A stretch of 64,000 bases of DNA, from sequence record PV029745.1, one strand, 5' to 3'. Position numbers and translations under genes: made by a program. The notes beneath the pieces are model-generated. The model was not told where the DNA came from. It did not search any database and worked only from the letters and a program-made list of their open reading frames with translations. Shown here piece after piece: positions 38,362 to 48,383 of this stretch (position 1 is its first letter; the number at the start of each line of letters is the position of its first letter).

Positions 38362-38928
38362 CTAGAACAACTGTGTAAGGAAATAGTAACCGATTGCTAC
38401 TGCATCGATGGAGTGTTCATCTAGTTGATTATGGTCAACATCACCCCAAACAACATCGGGTCTACTTACCAATGCACGTCGCACATCTTCTTTGTCTGTA
38501 CCCTTAATTTTCTTCATACCCACGTTGGTTTTAACTGTTGTAGGGTCAACCATGTAAAGCGGTATAAAAGGGTCATACTCAAAAAGAGCACTTCGTATAA
38601 CGGCAACACATTCAACCAATGCGGCAAAGCTTGTGGCAAATCTACCTAGATAGTTAGATTCAACAATAACAGCATGTGGTCTATGTGTCCTTAAGAAGTC
38701 TAGTATCAAATCACGCATGATCATTAATCGGACTACCCGACTACCATGCAATTCCCCGAACATTGAATAGTCCGGATGAGTATCTCTAAGAACAGAGGTA
38801 TAGGCGGTTTTCACCGCCACACCTTCATTCTTAAAGCCATGTTCCAACAACGCTTGACCCAAGTTAGACGAACCTGGGTCGAACGAAGCAACACGGAATG
38901 GTTCATCACTTTCAGGCATCTGCAACAT
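38362..38928 (-). CDS. ruvC: RuvC-like Holliday junction resolvase
   Basis: SFDPGSSNLG, IVESNY, PTTVK..VG, KEDV, HSIDAVAIG. Confidence 0.9.
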   Translation of the reverse strand: MLQMPESDEPFRVASFDPGSSNLGQALLEHGFKNEGVAVKTAYTSVLRDTHPDYSMFGELHGSRVVRLMIMRDLILDFLRTHRPHAVIVESNYLGRFATSFAALVECVAVIRSALFEYDPFIPLYMVDPTTVKTNVGMKKIKGTDKEDVRRALVSRPDVVWGDVDHNQLDEHSIDAVAIGYYFLTQLF

Positions 38929-38938
38929 AACTAAGTCC

Positions 38939-39835
38939 TTATACGAACTTAGCTACGTTTACAGCCTTGTCGCCAAGAGTAGGTTCTACACCACCAATAT
39001 CGAAGGTTAGGTTAAGACCATTCGAGTTATAACCAATTGGATGGTTAGTGGCAATATGTACGTTAACTTGACAAGCGATTACTTCGAGATATTGGAACGA
39101 TCCACCGGTACCAGCTGGTGCGTCAACCTTACGGTCAACACCAGAGCAAAGACCAATCTCGGAAATAATCGGAGAGCGGGTCGAGGCAGTACGGATTCGA
39201 TGCGCATTGGTGATCTCGATAATATCTTCAGCAGACAAACTTACCTTAACAATTGCACTAGCCGAGATATTTACGTTAGAACCGATAACTGTACCGTTGT
39301 TCGAAATAGCTGGCGGTACTGGGTTAAGATCATCAACAGTTGGTGTGTACGGTTTCGGTGTTGGAATACCATTAATTACTTCGATTTCCAGAAGCTGTGG
39401 TTGTACACCTGTAACGTTAATGCGCATTCCATAATAGGCAACGTAGTTTTTACCATTATGTTTTTCCGGAACACGTAAGCAGAACCGATCCCGTTGTGCG
39501 GCTGGAAGATCATCAGTTACTTCACGCAGTGCAAACGGAATATGGTTATAAAGTGCAGCATGGTTAGAACGGTGAATACGGTTTTCTACTTCATCGGAGC
39601 CATCAGCGGCTTTGATTGTGTAGTGACCCATGTTACCAATTACCATATAACGCACGTTCGGAATTTCACCCGCTGCTGGAGTTACGCCATTTTGTACACC
39701 GAACTTCTCATTCAGAGTTGTATGTGCAATCACACGGAACGGAGATAGACCGAGATATTTTGTAGTTTGCAGATAAGATGCATAGCACGTACGTACTACG
39801 TTGATAATCTGCTGATCGATAGGGTTACTAGCCAT
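38939..39835 (-). CDS. Conserved virion structural protein (phiKZ gp139-like)
   Basis: HIPFALR...VAYY...[12 protein letters not shown] pattern; synteny next to RuvC. Confidence 0.7.
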   Translation of the reverse strand: MASNPIDQQIINVVRTCYASYLQTTKYLGLSPFRVIAHTTLNEKFGVQNGVTPAAGEIPNVRYMVIGNMGHYTIKAADGSDEVENRIHRSNHAALYNHIPFALREVTDDLPAAQRDRFCLRVPEKHNGKNYVAYYGMRINVTGVQPQLLEIEVINGIPTPKPYTPTVDDLNPVPPAISNNGTVIGSNVNISASAIVKVSLSAEDIIEITNAHRIRTASTRSPIISEIGLCSGVDRKVDAPAGTGGSFQYLEVIACQVNVHIATNHPIGYNSNGLNLTFDIGGVEPTLGDKAVNVAKFV

Positions 39836-39892
39836 TCTTTTAATCCTTGACTTAGAAAGTTCATTGTACCATTGTGTAAGAATTTTTGGCTT

Positions 39893-39915
39893 GCCTCCCG
39901 TTAGGGAGGTTTATG
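39893..39915. terminator. Hairpin terminator
   Basis: gcctccc-gtta-gggaggt-ttatg. Confidence 0.7.
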
Positions 39916-39918
39916 CCG

Positions 39919-40407
39919 TTAGGTGTACTGTTGGAAGTCACCACGTATCATTACACATGCCCACAACTGACCATGGTCGGATTTAGGAATCGCGTGAACT
40001 GTACTAAGGTTAAAGGCGATCTGTTCACCTTTACGAAGTTCGATCAAACGTCCATTAAGTTGAATGGCTTGTCTATCTTTTAATGCAGTTGCGACGATGG
40101 TACCTGCACCAGTTTTATTGACCCACGTTGTCATCTGATCGAGGAAACCACGACCAGCTGGAATATCTAGGAACCAACCTTGAACAGCTTTATTTTGGAT
40201 ATCTTCACTAAAACCAACCTTGAAGATATCTCGTTGTTTAGATGTCCAATCAAACCACTTAGAATAGTTGTAAATACTCAGTGCTTTGGTTTTGTTCTTA
40301 CCGATACGGCAACGAGAGCCATACGAGTCTTTGTATTTAACCTTACGAGAGAGGTCTACTAAAGTAGTTACTTCCTCTTCGGTAAGGGGGTCGTAATGTT
40401 TATACAT
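39919..40407 (-). CDS. Degenerate 2OG-Fe(II) oxygenase-like (DSBH) protein
   Basis: Parallels the neighbouring oxygenase: FLDQM in place of HxD; IAFNLSTVHAI distal His. Confidence 0.55.
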   Translation of the reverse strand: MYKHYDPLTEEEVTTLVDLSRKVKYKDSYGSRCRIGKNKTKALSIYNYSKWFDWTSKQRDIFKVGFSEDIQNKAVQGWFLDIPAGRGFLDQMTTWVNKTGAGTIVATALKDRQAIQLNGRLIELRKGEQIAFNLSTVHAIPKSDHGQLWACVMIRGDFQQYT

Positions 40408-40414
40408 ATCTGTC

Positions 40415-40897
40415 CTACTCGTAGAGATAGATGAGAACGAAGCGTAGGTGTTTTACGGGTGGTACAGAATGCGGTGGTGTTTTAGCTGGAAAGATTACTG
40501 CTCTTCCAGGAACATCTGGGATGAACTCACCATTTAGGTCGAGTCCATCTCCATTATCACACAATGCAATCACCATATTAAATCGATACATTGCAATGTC
40601 GATATGCTCCGGCATACCAAAACCAACCTCGTACATATTGACACATGCTTCTTTGGGTTTTATCCCATTGATAGTTGGTGCAATTTCAAACAGATAATCG
40701 CTAAGTTCTTTTGGCATCTGACCATTACCAAGGAACCAGTAGTTTGCTTCCACTGTACCCTTGGTAGGGATACTATTTATCTTCTTGCGATTGTACCATC
40801 TTGCACGAGGTAGCGCTTTTAAGTACTCCACCAGTCTTTCACTAACTGGTTGCGAAAACACGACCGCCTTCGATGTTTCTTGGGCCAATGAGTTCAT
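40415..40897 (-). CDS. 2OG-Fe(II) dioxygenase (start uncertain)
   Basis: VNMY...MPEHID (HxD), AVIFP...PHSV (distal His), LRFVLIY (2OG-binding Arg). Confidence 0.8.
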   Translation of the reverse strand: MNSLAQETSKAVVFSQPVSERLVEYLKALPRARWYNRKKINSIPTKGTVEANYWFLGNGQMPKELSDYLFEIAPTINGIKPKEACVNMYEVGFGMPEHIDIAMYRFNMVIALCDNGDGLDLNGEFIPDVPGRAVIFPAKTPPHSVPPVKHLRFVLIYLYE

Positions 40898-41438
40898 GGA
40901 GACCGCCTTCGAAGGTAGCAGCTCGATCTTCGGCTTCTTGCTCATTGGTAATGTATTCGTAGTTGGGATCATTCTGATAGAACTCTTTGTGATTTCGACT
41001 AGTATCTTTACAGAGTTTGATATAGTCTAGCATCTCACTAAGTTCAGTAAGTTCAAGACCGGTCTTCTCTGCAAGAGCCACGATTGCACGCCCAAGCACG
41101 TTTACTTGTTCTACGACAGGATAACGTTGAGTGATCTTGTAAGCCATCTGGTTGTCCAGCTGTGCTTCATAGATCAGACGAGGACCTTCGTTCTCTCCAA
41201 GAATAGAGTAGTTCTTTTCCCAGGTTCCATCGTCATTGATGGTGAGGTCACCGACAACTCGGTCACCATTAAACAGATCCATGTTGTCTTCAACATAGAT
41301 CACGTTTGGGTTATCTGGATCGCATTGATCGATAGTCATCGAAGTAGCAACGATGAACTTACCATTCAGACGGTTAAAACAAAGGACAACAGGTTTACGA
41401 CCCTTTTCAGGTTCTGGTACATTATGAAAATCGAACAT
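40842..41438 (-). CDS. Possible tail-fibre assembly/chaperone protein
   Basis: Directly after the fibre paralogue array; KITQRYPVVEQVN pattern and helical C-terminus. Confidence 0.5.
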   Translation of the reverse strand: MFDFHNVPEPEKGRKPVVLCFNRLNGKFIVATSMTIDQCDPDNPNVIYVEDNMDLFNGDRVVGDLTINDDGTWEKNYSILGENEGPRLIYEAQLDNQMAYKITQRYPVVEQVNVLGRAIVALAEKTGLELTELSEMLDYIKLCKDTSRNHKEFYQNDPNYEYITNEQEAEDRAATFEGGLHELIGPRNIEGGRVFATS

Positions 41439-41450
41439 GTGTAATTTCCT

Positions 41451-42815
41451 TTAGACGATTCGAGTGAGACTACTACCGTTACGGCGCATTACAACCATTG
41501 TTGGCATTTTGCGACCATTGTTGAAGTCCAGCAAGTATTGAGCAAATCCATAACCACCATCAGCAATCTGCGAGATATTTGTCTGGAGAGCACTGATAGC
41601 AGCTTGAGCGCTAGCATAACGTCCACCAGCATAATAGTGCCCACGTGCATTAGCATTATAAGTCGCAAATAGATCACGGAAGTGAACGATTTGTCCATTA
41701 CCCATAATGCAGTAGTCAGACGGGATATTTGGACGACCTTGAGGATCAGTTCCAGTAGGAGGCCATGGAGTTGGGAAAGTCGTAACGAATTGCTTTAATT
41801 CAAAGCGAGTGATATTCCAAACGTTACTAGCATCTAGGTCAACTCGTGCAGGGAAATACAATTGTTCCCAACCAACCCCAGCCAACCGTTTAGATGTAAA
41901 TGCGCGTTGTGTACGGTGAAGCCGTTGTGCATAAATAGCATCGATTTCAGCTTTACTGTACAAGTTCATGATCGCCAGTGTTAACCCATGAGGGTTATTT
42001 TGATTACGAATGTGATCTGTGATCTTTGGAATCAAAATGGATTGGATCAGATTGAAAATACCACCAATCGGCATATACACATTGGTTAGGCTAGTATCTG
42101 TTGTCTGAGCTTTTGTAGCCATTGGCCAGTTGTTAATTTGCCCAAGCTTAATCTTTACCTTATCCGAAGAGTGCGGATTATTTTCATCGGTTATGTGAGC
42201 GTTCACACGGTTGATATAATTCTGCACATCGTCTTTCGCAAGCTGAACGTAATATTTGTAATAATCCGTACCAGCCGCTAGAATTGCAGTTCGACCCACT
42301 GCCCATGCATCACCTAAACGGTTAATATTGACAACCGTGGATTCAAGACCATACAACTGCCAATATTTGTGCATGTGTTCTGATGGAGTATATGCAGTTG
42401 GTTTACCGATGATTTCTTCCCAAGTAAACTTAAGATTAGTCTCATCTATCTTCTCCATCAGTGCTTTAAGTTCTTTTACAGAAACACTAAAGAATCCACC
42501 TACTGCATGATATTCCGCACGAACGACTGGTGTGACGGAGGCGTTGATGATAACAACGAGACCCATCACATTTTGACCAGTCATTTCAGAAAGCTTTTCG
42601 TAGTGATACGTTAGAACATAGTCTTTACCACGCACAAGAGCTTTACCAGTAGAGTCCCTCAGTACAAAGCCATTCGTATAGAAACCACCATGGGTACAAA
42701 CGAATACGCGATGCTTCTTACCAGGAACTTGAATTAGAGTGTGTTCCTCACCTTTAATCCAGTTATCTGGATCTTCACCGGTAAGGTCAAGCTCAAGAAA
42801 AGTAATATCGTTCAT
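41451..42815 (-). CDS. Tail/baseplate fibre paralogue (phiKZ gp131-135 family)
   Basis: LELDLTGEDPDN N-domain; HITDENNPH and HIRNQNNPH repeats. Confidence 0.8.
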   Translation of the reverse strand: MNDITFLELDLTGEDPDNWIKGEEHTLIQVPGKKHRVFVCTHGGFYTNGFVLRDSTGKALVRGKDYVLTYHYEKLSEMTGQNVMGLVVIINASVTPVVRAEYHAVGGFFSVSVKELKALMEKIDETNLKFTWEEIIGKPTAYTPSEHMHKYWQLYGLESTVVNINRLGDAWAVGRTAILAAGTDYYKYYVQLAKDDVQNYINRVNAHITDENNPHSSDKVKIKLGQINNWPMATKAQTTDTSLTNVYMPIGGIFNLIQSILIPKITDHIRNQNNPHGLTLAIMNLYSKAEIDAIYAQRLHRTQRAFTSKRLAGVGWEQLYFPARVDLDASNVWNITRFELKQFVTTFPTPWPPTGTDPQGRPNIPSDYCIMGNGQIVHFRDLFATYNANARGHYYAGGRYASAQAAISALQTNISQIADGGYGFAQYLLDFNNGRKMPTMVVMRRNGSSLTRIV

Positions 42816-44222
42816 TTATACCTTCCAGGAATTTAACGATGTATTAAATACAGCGAAACCAACGGAGTTAATATACGTTGTGATTGCACCGTTACCAGTA
42901 CCGATACCCCAGCCACCAAGATAACGGAAGATGGCCGTTGTACCAGCAGGGTGGTTCCTACCTAGCACGTTGTTCAACTGAGCTTCAGCGTTTGCACCGT
43001 TAGGATCAAATGACCCTGCCGCATAAATAACGCTCTTTGGTTTATCGATCCATGCTGTTTGGATATCGATCCAATGAAGCCAGCTTGCTGCATCAGCAGA
43101 GGCAGGAACAAGGAATGCGTAGTTGTTAGCAGGTGGAATAGCCCCACTTGCAAAAGTTTGCGGTGGCAACAAACCAGTCTTCAGCTGTCCAAGGATTTCA
43201 TCCTGACGAGTGAACTCGTAAAGCTCTTGGAAAGTCATGCCATTGCTAGTCGTATTGTTGTTGGCATCTTTAACGCCACCAATACGTTCGGTACTGTTAA
43301 CGGTTTCACCACGGTTGTAATAGTTCCCAGCAACTTGCTGATGTTCTTGAACGGTGTACGTACCAAGTTTAGCAGCTGTCTCTTTGTGTGGGTTATTACG
43401 GTCATCAACGTGCGCTTGTAGAATCGGTAAGAAGTTCTTGTCGATACTTTGCTTAGCTCGTAATGGCGTAGCGTAACGATCCAGAATATCCCCGTTAGCT
43501 GCTTCAGCTTGATCTTTCGTAGCAATAGCAGCATTCTTCACTTTATCCAGCTGAACTTTAGCGGCAGTGAGTTTGTGAGGGTTATTACGATCGTTAATGT
43601 GGGTAGTAAGACGTTGCTCAATGGAAGTAAGTTCATCTCCAACTAAAGCAAGCTCGGCTTTATATTGGTCAAACAAAGCATCCATGTCTTTCTTTACGAA
43701 CTTTTCACCGGCGGCAGTAATTCGCTTAAGCAGTAATACTTGAGGCGTAAACCCGTAAAGTTCCCACAACGCATGTAGGTGACCGTTGGATTTGTAATCA
43801 TCCGGTTTACCAGTAATATTGTTCCAATGAATCTTCCGAGTATTGTTGATCAACCCTAGTGCTTGGTTAGCGATTGCTTTACCAAGATTACAGTAAACAC
43901 CACCGACCATCTGGGCATCAACCCTGATCTCATGGTGAACCCGTGGGTTCTTAATGACAATAACTGCAAAAGCTGGAATGCCAGTCTTCTTAGTAATCTC
44001 TGGATGCATCTGAGTGCATTGGAAATCGTCCTTCTCTTTTAACACATAGCCACGACCATCGATCATGTGCAGATTGTTATTGTAGAAGTAACCTTTATCC
44101 AGAACAATCACCCGATATGGCAGACCAGCTTGATCTGCCAAGTTGTGGTATTCTCCACGCGTGCGGTTATTGAAACAAGTGCCCGTCCCATCGTAGGGAA
44201 GAGCGTGAAGTAATGGGTTCAT
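42816..44222 (-). CDS. Tail/baseplate fibre paralogue (phiKZ gp131-135 family)
   Basis: LPYDGTG N-domain; HINDRNNPH and HVDDRNNPH repeats. Confidence 0.8.
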   Translation of the reverse strand: MNPLLHALPYDGTGTCFNNRTRGEYHNLADQAGLPYRVIVLDKGYFYNNNLHMIDGRGYVLKEKDDFQCTQMHPEITKKTGIPAFAVIVIKNPRVHHEIRVDAQMVGGVYCNLGKAIANQALGLINNTRKIHWNNITGKPDDYKSNGHLHALWELYGFTPQVLLLKRITAAGEKFVKKDMDALFDQYKAELALVGDELTSIEQRLTTHINDRNNPHKLTAAKVQLDKVKNAAIATKDQAEAANGDILDRYATPLRAKQSIDKNFLPILQAHVDDRNNPHKETAAKLGTYTVQEHQQVAGNYYNRGETVNSTERIGGVKDANNNTTSNGMTFQELYEFTRQDEILGQLKTGLLPPQTFASGAIPPANNYAFLVPASADAASWLHWIDIQTAWIDKPKSVIYAAGSFDPNGANAEAQLNNVLGRNHPAGTTAIFRYLGGWGIGTGNGAITTYINSVGFAVFNTSLNSWKV

Positions 44223-44232
44223 GTTGATTCCT

Positions 44233-45600
44233 TTAGATTGGTACCCAACCTTGACCTGGGATATTCATAGAAGCGTAAAGAATGTCATATACACCGTTCC
44301 ATGCACCGTTACCAGAACCCCATGCCTTAGTCTCGCGAATGTAATAGAAAACAATACTATTCAAACGCATGTTAGAGAACGGCGGTGTTGTAGCAACCAT
44401 TGCGTTGGCTTGCGCCTGAGTGATATTGACACTGAAAGATGCGAATGCAACATCTCCACTGCCACCTTGAGGAAGAAGAGATAGCAGGGCATCAATGTTA
44501 GTCCAGTTCCGATTGTTATCGAGAACAGCACGATTATTCAGAACACCACGACCTAATCGACCAAGAGGAAGCTTACCTTGATCATAGTTAGTAAAAGCAT
44601 TTGCAGGAATGTCTTTACGATACAACTGTAGAATTTGGTTATACGTCATATCCTGGTTTAACCAAAATCCGAGGTTAGAGTTTTCAACAACTTCATTTCT
44701 CAGATACTTGGTATTAGCCAGAGTATTTACTTCTTGCTTGCTATTGGTATTCAACTGTGCATTAGTGACGCCATGAACGTTGCCACGTGCATCGATGTGG
44801 GCCTGTAGTGGATCTCCACCGATCTTATTTACTTCCGCAGCCGAAAGCTGTGGGGTAAGATAGAGTTCGTTCGATATACCTGCTGTAGCCTCTGCAAGAC
44901 TCGCTACGCGGTAGTTTTCTACAAGACCTAAACCTACATGTTCTTTTGTGTCGACGTGTGGGTTTTCTTTATCTTGAATGTGTAGATCGAGGCGATTATT
45001 GAAACGTTGTAAGAAACGATCATATTCAGCTTTTACATCGACACGGAACTCTGCTTCTGTATTACCAAGTTGGCCAGTGATTGCCCGAGAGATATTCTCA
45101 ATCTCGTTGTTAAACGGCTGATATGTATCCAAGCGCCAGCGTAGGGCAGCTAACTCACCAGGACCATAAATCGGTTCAGTGCCATTATAATCAAGCCATT
45201 TAGGAATATAGTCAGAAGGCTTAGTTTTCCAGAAGTTTACATAATCGTCGATGACTGTGAAACTAAATGCAACATCGCCGCCTACCATCTGCGCCGACAT
45301 GTAAATCTTACCGGTACGAGTACGATCCAAGAAAACAATACCACTGGCAATATCAAGGCCATAGAACTCGCTGGCTTGCTTATGGTAATACGTGACGATA
45401 TAATCTTTATCACGAATTAAAGGAACGTAACGAGAGTCATATACACGGAGGCTATTAACATAGAAACCACCGTGATACATGATTACCATTTTAAAAGGGA
45501 ACCCCGAGATAGGGGTAAGAGTTGCTTCTTCGCTACCTACCAGGTTATTCGGATCACGTCCGGTCTTATCTAACGGTAGTTGTACGATTACATCGGACAT
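44233..45600 (-). CDS. Tail/baseplate fibre paralogue (phiKZ gp131-135 family)
   Basis: LPLDKTGRDPNN N-domain; HIQDKENPH and HIDARGNVH repeats. Confidence 0.8.
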   Translation of the reverse strand: MSDVIVQLPLDKTGRDPNNLVGSEEATLTPISGFPFKMVIMYHGGFYVNSLRVYDSRYVPLIRDKDYIVTYYHKQASEFYGLDIASGIVFLDRTRTGKIYMSAQMVGGDVAFSFTVIDDYVNFWKTKPSDYIPKWLDYNGTEPIYGPGELAALRWRLDTYQPFNNEIENISRAITGQLGNTEAEFRVDVKAEYDRFLQRFNNRLDLHIQDKENPHVDTKEHVGLGLVENYRVASLAEATAGISNELYLTPQLSAAEVNKIGGDPLQAHIDARGNVHGVTNAQLNTNSKQEVNTLANTKYLRNEVVENSNLGFWLNQDMTYNQILQLYRKDIPANAFTNYDQGKLPLGRLGRGVLNNRAVLDNNRNWTNIDALLSLLPQGGSGDVAFASFSVNITQAQANAMVATTPPFSNMRLNSIVFYYIRETKAWGSGNGAWNGVYDILYASMNIPGQGWVPI

Positions 45601-45620
45601 TTAAATTCTCCAAATTGAAC

Positions 45621-45665
45621 AAAAGACGGAACCACCGTGCTTTTACACACAGTGATTCCATCCGT
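45621..45665 (-). terminator. Intra-operon hairpin terminator/attenuator
   Basis: Minus strand GGAAUCACUGUG / CACGGUGGUUCC 12-bp stem with two G.U pairs, then GUCUUUUG. Confidence 0.7.
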
Positions 45666-45677
45666 TGCCAGGGTAGG

Positions 45678-46001
45678 TTACAAACGATCGTAAGCGTCGT
45701 TAAACACTTTCTCTATCGCTTTGAAGATATTCTCCTCAGCGTAGTTGTCTACCCGTTTAGGTGTCATGAACGAAGAGTTATTCGTTCCACCTTTAGCTTG
45801 TGCTTGCTGTGCCGGTAGCCAGTCAGGGACATTACCCAAACCAATATCTCTAGGCTCAAGTCCATGAACGTTACCTTTTTCAAGGATGTGTGCGTTCATA
45901 CGATCCCGAGCACTACGGAGTAGGTTGAGAATGATGTTATTAAACTGACCGATATTGCCTTTCAGCTTATCGAGTTCGACACGAAATACTGTCATAGCCA
46001 T
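45678..46001 (-). CDS. Stand-alone fibre repeat module (107 aa)
   Basis: AHILEKGNVHGLEPRDIGLGNVPDW...FMTP is a single copy of the repeat in the flanking fibres. Confidence 0.8.
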   Translation of the reverse strand: MAMTVFRVELDKLKGNIGQFNNIILNLLRSARDRMNAHILEKGNVHGLEPRDIGLGNVPDWLPAQQAQAKGGTNNSSFMTPKRVDNYAEENIFKAIEKVFNDAYDRL

Positions 46002-46012
46002 CTTAAGTCTCC

Positions 46013-48295
46013 TTAGGGTGCGACAATAGTCGTCCCATCATTCCAGATGAGAGCATTGGTCGGAGAATCACCCCAGAATTCGGTATAACCAAGATTGTTT
46101 ACTGTAACAGTGAAACCTTTACCAGCAGCCGCACTATAGAAAGGTGCTGACCCGTAAGGAATTTCTAACTGTCCATTCTCGTTGGAACCGAACATAGCGA
46201 TGTCTGTATCCATATTCTCAAGGCTAGATGGATCACGTCGAATCTGAACGGCGTGGTGTCCATAGTTACCAGAGATAGAACTCACATCGGTTAGGGTGTT
46301 TGCTTTGACCAAACGATTATCTTTCGCTGACCAAACATCGAGAGTAGAAGTGACTTCAGTCAATTTAAATGTAGGCGTATATGTAATCTCATACACACGG
46401 ATTCGACTAGCATTTCCATTAGTGGTATTACCACCTTGGAATACTAGATACTTGGAACCAATCCGGATATCGGAGATTTCCCAGCCGCCAGTCAATTGAG
46501 CAGCGATTACAGGCGTAGCAGCAGAAACCCAATCACTAGCACCTATTGCTGTATAAGTCGGGTCACCGGACGGTGGGGACTTTTCAACAATTGCCATTTG
46601 ACGAGAATCCGCTTCTTCGGTTGCTACCCACATTTCGGTTACATTGTCAGACTCGGCGTACAGTTGAGTTACTGTACCTCCGGCGATCTTCATGATCTTA
46701 CCTTCATCTGCACCGTCACTTGGTTTTAGTTGAACATATAGAGCAGTTTTAGAGCCCCACATAGCAACCATCGCATTTGCCTGGTTGAAGCCAGCACCAG
46801 CAGCCCAACCAGCAGGAATTGCTAGTTTAGCAGAACCGGCTGAACGGATACCATCGCCCTGTGACCAAGTACCGGACTGGAAGTCACGTATGGCTGGAAC
46901 TAGATGATAATCTGCATCCTGTAGGCTTAACCAAGACCAAGCTGCACCACGGATTGGAGTGATCGGATATGCATCGGCACCCGCTGGTTCAGAGCGATAA
47001 ACTGTATCACCCGAACCGTTGAATAACGCATATGCTGCTGCACCAGCGTGAACACCTTGAATCTTACTCAGACGTTCTTTATCTTGCTCGTCTGGAGGAG
47101 TCGGGTCATTGAAACTGATATCTGCCGAAGAAGCAATACCTTCTCCGATCTTCTCAGTCACTTCTGCCATGATGCCATTAATATCGCTGTTGAGCGGGAA
47201 CTTAGCTTCCCATTCCTCAGGAGTTTCCCCGCCAAAGGTAGTCGCATCACCACCACTTCCACCAGCCGCAATCTTCTGATCAATTTCCTGTTTGGTATAT
47301 GTACCAATTAGACCAGGAGTGATATTGTGCGGGTTAGTATCGGTAAGGTGTTTATTGAAGTCAATGATTAATTGATCAAGACGAGGATCACCTTGAACGG
47401 CTTGAATAAGCAGAGACACCGTATATGGAGTCATCAAGGTACTATTGTTAGTCGGATCAACAGCCTGTTGTGGTGTTGCAGCAGGATAGTTAGGAACGTT
47501 ACCCAGACCAATGTCACGCGGGACCATTCCATGAACGTTACCCGTGGCGGCAATGTGTGCATTAAGAGGCTTGAGTGCGTTTTCTTGGATGGACAACAGT
47601 ACACCACGAGGGTTCGTAAACAGGTCGTTACGATTACCATCTTTGTGCTGTTGGTCTGTTGCCATAGAGAAGTTAGGCACGTTACCAAGCTGAACCTGTA
47701 CCTTATTAACACGGTGCGGGTTATCGAAATCTCTTAAGTGCGACTCGGTTGTACCGGAAGCAGTTGCTTCCATGATATCGCCAAGACGTTGAAGAGAAGC
47801 ATTAATCTCTTCTGAACCCACTAGACTATCGATCGGTTGATCGTGATCGAGAGGTGGGAACGAGGCAGGGAGTACATCAATATTACCCCATGCACGAATC
47901 AGCGGGTTATACTGTCGACGAGACAGTTCCGCCAGAATAGCTTGGTCGCTAAAGCCCCACTGCCCACCGATGGTCCGATAGTCAAGACGTGCTTGACCGG
48001 CGATAGAGCGTTTCATGAAGCGAATAGAACCAGCAATCGGTCGACCAATAGAATCCATTGCTTCGATGAAACGGTGACCGATCATGTAATCGACACCCTC
48101 TACAAACAGAGCACCGGTCTGGTTGTTCCGTACTTTAAGAGAGTCGACAAAGAAAGGTGCCGCTTTCGGAATAATGAAATAGTAATCGGTAGGGCCGGGT
48201 ACTTGCAGGGTTTGGATTTCCCCTGTGATAAGGTTAGCTGGGTTAGTCCCATGCAAATCCTCGTCATATAGACCGGTTGTACTAACGGTGGACAT
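46013..48295 (-). CDS. Tail fibre/tip protein (phiKZ gp131-like) with a probable C-terminal beta-propeller
   Basis: YDEDLHGTNPAN N-domain; three NPH/NVH repeats; Gly/Trp-rich C-terminal half. Confidence 0.75.
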   Translation of the reverse strand: MSTVSTTGLYDEDLHGTNPANLITGEIQTLQVPGPTDYYFIIPKAAPFFVDSLKVRNNQTGALFVEGVDYMIGHRFIEAMDSIGRPIAGSIRFMKRSIAGQARLDYRTIGGQWGFSDQAILAELSRRQYNPLIRAWGNIDVLPASFPPLDHDQPIDSLVGSEEINASLQRLGDIMEATASGTTESHLRDFDNPHRVNKVQVQLGNVPNFSMATDQQHKDGNRNDLFTNPRGVLLSIQENALKPLNAHIAATGNVHGMVPRDIGLGNVPNYPAATPQQAVDPTNNSTLMTPYTVSLLIQAVQGDPRLDQLIIDFNKHLTDTNPHNITPGLIGTYTKQEIDQKIAAGGSGGDATTFGGETPEEWEAKFPLNSDINGIMAEVTEKIGEGIASSADISFNDPTPPDEQDKERLSKIQGVHAGAAAYALFNGSGDTVYRSEPAGADAYPITPIRGAAWSWLSLQDADYHLVPAIRDFQSGTWSQGDGIRSAGSAKLAIPAGWAAGAGFNQANAMVAMWGSKTALYVQLKPSDGADEGKIMKIAGGTVTQLYAESDNVTEMWVATEEADSRQMAIVEKSPPSGDPTYTAIGASDWVSAATPVIAAQLTGGWEISDIRIGSKYLVFQGGNTTNGNASRIRVYEITYTPTFKLTEVTSTLDVWSAKDNRLVKANTLTDVSSISGNYGHHAVQIRRDPSSLENMDTDIAMFGSNENGQLEIPYGSAPFYSAAAGKGFTVTVNNLGYTEFWGDSPTNALIWNDGTTIVAP

Positions 48296-48383
48296 CGCGC
48301 CCTCCTTTAAAGCGCTAGCGCGCGGTTGTTAGCGTAATGATGTGAAATTCACATAAGATTGTCCGATCTTTTCTAACGGAGAC

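Noticed and set aside
40842-40972. Programmed frameshift joining the chaperone-like ORF and the oxygenase
   Set aside because: There is an overlap but no slippery heptamer; an internal start (40897 or later) explains it.
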